A stretch of DNA of 42,761 nt. Source: Alteraurantiacibacter sp. Lineage in GTDB: Bacteria; Pseudomonadota; Alphaproteobacteria; Sphingomonadales; Sphingomonadaceae. Under the pieces are notes generated by a model, which was given only the letters and a program-made list of their open reading frames with translations, was not told where the DNA came from and ran no database searches. Numbering within the stretch: the first letter of the stretch is position 1; each line of letters begins with the position of its first letter. Of this stretch, positions 40,078-42,761 are shown piece by piece. Location: positions 1 through 42,761 of the forward strand of contig JBGSLI010000185.1 of NCBI GenBank assembly GCA_041740775.1, written 5' to 3'. The position numbers and the translations under genes are program-made.

Positions 40078-41008
40078 GAGCCCGATTAAAAATAAGGTGA
40101 GTGATATCATTGGGTTGTGATTCAACCGTCCTTGTCAAGAAGATGGAGGAACGCATGGCCTGGAATGATACCGCTCGTGAGGAGTATAAGCGCACAGGTT
40201 CGGGATATCCAAGCGATATGACGGACCGGGAATAGACGATCATCGAACCGGTATTGCCGCCCGCCAAGCGCGGAGGCCGTTCCCGAACGACTGATTTGCG
40301 CAAGGTAATGAACGCCATTTTCTACATCGCATCGAGCGGTTGCCAGTGGCGGATGCTTCCGAAGGATTTTCCGCCGGTATCGACGGTGCGAGTCTATTTT
40401 TATGCGTGATGCAACATGGGCCTATGGAGCACGATCAACCAACTGCTGGTGATGAGTGTGCGCGAGATTGAGAGGCGTGAGGCCAGCCCATCGGCGGGCG
40501 TGATCGACAGCCAGAGTGTCATGACCACAGAGAGCGGCGGGCCACGCGGCTATGACGCGGGCAGGAAGGTCAACGGCCGCAAACGCCACATCATCACCGA
40601 TACGCTTGGCCTGATACTGCATGTCATGGTCGAAACCGCCGATATTCAGGACCCCGATGGCGCGGTCGATGTGCGCAAAGCCATCCGTTTCCGCTTCCCG
40701 TGGCTTCGCCATGTCTTGGCCGACGGCGGATATGCCGGAGATAAATTGCGCGGTGCGCTCAAAGGGCACGGGGACTGGACCATCGAAATCATCAAGCGAT
40801 CAGATCGCACCAAAGGTTTTGAACTCTTGCCCGGAAGATGGGTCGTCGAACGGGCCTTTGCCTGGATTGGCAGATGCCGCCGCCTTGCCAAAGGCTGGGA
40901 GCAATCCATCTCCAGTGCAACCGCATGCGCCTATATCGCCAGCCTCCGCATTCTCAACCGCCGTTTCGCAAGATATTGCTAATATTGATAAACTTTTGAA
41001 TAGGGCTC
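40078..41008 (+). mobile_element. IS5-family element (IS1031-like), inactive
   Basis: Imperfect terminal IRs GAGCCCGATTAAAAA and TTTTGAATAGGGCTC; flanks TGA and TAA. Confidence 0.8.
40155..40982 (+). pseudogene. IS5-family transposase with two nonsense codons
   Basis: YPSDMTDRE*(TAG 40233)..[17 protein letters not shown](TGA 40407)..IDSQSV..GRKRH..ADGGY..RWVVER. Confidence 0.9.
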
Positions 41009-41126
41009 TAATGTATTTTCGCAACGAACTTTGGGAGAGCGTCAGAGGTGCGCAGTCAGGGTCTTTGCCTATTGCTCGGTCGGCGGACATTCTCCAGATT
41101 GATACTTCATAGACTTGGTTTATTGC

Positions 41127-42113
41127 ATGGTTTTCGATCTCGGATATCCGCCCCACAATACTCACAACCCGCGCCCGGGCTATCGTGGAACGAGCCTGCA
41201 GGAATTTCATGCAGCCTTCCCTGATAACGAAGCTTGCCTGCGTCATATTTTCGAGACTCGGTACGGCCAGTGTCCGACGTGTCCCAATTGCCGCAAACCC
41301 AAAAAATGGTACCGCATTTCCGGAACGACGCGCTTTCAGCATCCGTGCGGCAAGGCTATTTCGCCCAGAGGGCAAACCCTGTTTCACAATTCCCAGATAC
41401 CGCTGCAATTATGGTTTTACACCATGTTGCACTTCGCCAATTCGCATGAGGGCGTGAATACCGGATTCCTTCAACGTCATCTGGGGGTTTCTCAGACGCA
41501 TGTCTATGCGATGACGCGCAAAACTCGCATGCATCTGGCAGCTCTGGACCAACTCAATAAAGTTGGCGAGGCGGGCAAGCAGGTGTTGGTTCGGCTCGAA
41601 AAGCTTCTCGGAGTGAATGTAAAAGTTCCCGGAGGCCAGAACAGAGCAAGTGCACTCTTTGTAGCAGATAGTGAACAGATTCAGTCTACGGTAGTCGGCA
41701 GAGCACGAAGGAGTTTACTCCGAATGATAATTCAGAGAAAGGTCTGTACCGGGGCAATACCCGTTACCGACTGCTCATGGACATATCGTGCTCTTTCGGA
41801 CTATGGAAGGCGTAGGTCTGTCGTTGAACTTCTACCAACATTTATGCTTGCCAAGCCTGACAGTCCCGATCCTATCAGGAGCTTTCTCTTGCATTTCAAG
41901 AGACCTATGATCAATAACTACCGGCGCGTCGACAAGGACTATCTCTGGCTTTATCTCAAGGAATTTGAGTTCCGATTTAACAGGCGTCAGCGCTCTCAGG
42001 AGATATTCGGCGATATGATTAGTGCGTTTCCAGTACTGACAAGCCCCGTTAGGCAGCAACTCGCCGATTGGAACTTTGCCGATTTGCTGGGCAAGGTCCG
42101 TCGCGCGCCATGA
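41127..42113 (+). CDS. IS1595-like transposase homolog with degenerate catalytic residues
   Basis: FPDNEACL..CPNC..HPC Zn ribbon; LWF..LQRHLGVS; YLKEFEFRFNRR. VLVRLE and DPIRSF stand where VExDE and N.IE.F are expected. Confidence 0.75.
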   Translation: MVFDLGYPPHNTHNPRPGYRGTSLQEFHAAFPDNEACLRHIFETRYGQCPTCPNCRKPKKWYRISGTTRFQHPCGKAISPRGQTLFHNSQIPLQLWFYTMLHFANSHEGVNTGFLQRHLGVSQTHVYAMTRKTRMHLAALDQLNKVGEAGKQVLVRLEKLLGVNVKVPGGQNRASALFVADSEQIQSTVVGRARRSLLRMIIQRKVCTGAIPVTDCSWTYRALSDYGRRRSVVELLPTFMLAKPDSPDPIRSFLLHFKRPMINNYRRVDKDYLWLYLKEFEFRFNRRQRSQEIFGDMISAFPVLTSPVRQQLADWNFADLLGKVRRAP

Positions 42114-42761
42114 AGAGACCAGGGACAAGCGTAGGAAAGTTTTTCGAACGTTTCCCGAATGAGCGCGCATGTCTTGAACACATCTTCGAAACCCGCTGGG
42201 GAGAGCACTCACCATGTCCCGGGTGCGGCGGTGTGGGTGGATGGTTTCATGTCACAGGAACGAAAAAGTATGCTCACCGCTGCCGAAGGCAATTTTCAGT
42301 ATTGAAGGACACGATCTTCTATCGCTCAAACCTGTCGCTCATGGCGTGGTTCTACGCGATTTTGCTCTTTGCCAATTCGAACTCTGGCAAGCGGTCGAGC
42401 TTCATCCGCAAGCAACTCGGCCTCGGACTCACCTCCTCGCTTCGCCTGTGTTACCAGATCCGGTTGCAGACAGCATTCTGCGAGCGCCCTGTGCGAATTG
42501 GAGGACCTGGTAAGAATGTATATATCGATGAGACGCTTGTTCCCTATGTTAACACCAACAGGCCGGGTGACACGCCTTCGGCAATAGTGATGGGAATGGC
42601 GTGCGAGGGGCAGGTCGTTTCCGGGATAATTCCCGATCGGACCCTTCGGACATTCGAAAAGAATATCGATCGTTTCGTCGTACCGGGCTCGACGATTATC
42701 ACTGATGGGCATCTAAGCTACAGCGGGTTGTCGCGGAAGGGATGGCATCACATTGCGGTCA
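42110..42761 (+). CDS. IS1595-family transposase, partial (runs off the window edge)
   Basis: Hand translation: MKRPGTSVGKFFERFPNERACLEHIFETRW..CPGC..HRC..WFYAILLFANS..IGGPGKNVYIDET..GSTIITDGHLSY; ATGA overlap with the upstream paralog. Confidence 0.85.
   Translation, partial: MKRPGTSVGKFFERFPNERACLEHIFETRWGEHSPCPGCGGVGGWFHVTGTKKYAHRCRRQFSVLKDTIFYRSNLSLMAWFYAILLFANSNSGKRSSFIRKQLGLGLTSSLRLCYQIRLQTAFCERPVRIGGPGKNVYIDETLVPYVNTNRPGDTPSAIVMGMACEGQVVSGIIPDRTLRTFEKNIDRFVVPGSTIITDGHLSYSGLSRKGWHHIAV

Overview
This is an alphaproteobacterial window, most likely Sphingomonadales (Erythrobacter-like) judging by gene content. It opens with core genes (aromatic/aspartate aminotransferase, DUF1134/EipA) and tRNA-Ser(GCT), followed by a P4-type integrase marking a tRNA-anchored genomic island; no attR is visible. 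Cargo, in order: a five-gene DUF11 secreted/outer-membrane operon; scrambled ICE remnants (IS66, primase Zn finger, strawberry-notch, two tandem tyrosine recombinases); a RelE/XRE toxin-antitoxin pair; a candidate RiPP cluster; a deletion-fused SDR/diguanylate cyclase; a CHASE4-GGDEF-EAL gene broken by a precise 392-bp internal inversion; a LuxR-TM/small protein/membrane/JAB/wHTH operon; an intact IS1111-type IS110 element; hipBA; fcl-gmd; a dead IS5; and a coupled pair of IS1595-like transposases. Two candidates stand out as possibly undescribed systems. (1) A RiPP locus: a GrrM/OscB-like radical SAM, a 41-aa Trp/Arg-Arg precursor missing from the ORF track, a UPF0489 peptide-arginase-like enzyme, a sulfotransferase, a 2OG-Fe(II) oxygenase, a GMC oxidoreductase and a VOC protein. 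(2) The DUF11 operon, whose split-domain architecture suggests a donor-strand-complemented, possibly isopeptide-linked surface filament. All family calls come from motif recognition by eye; no searches were run.
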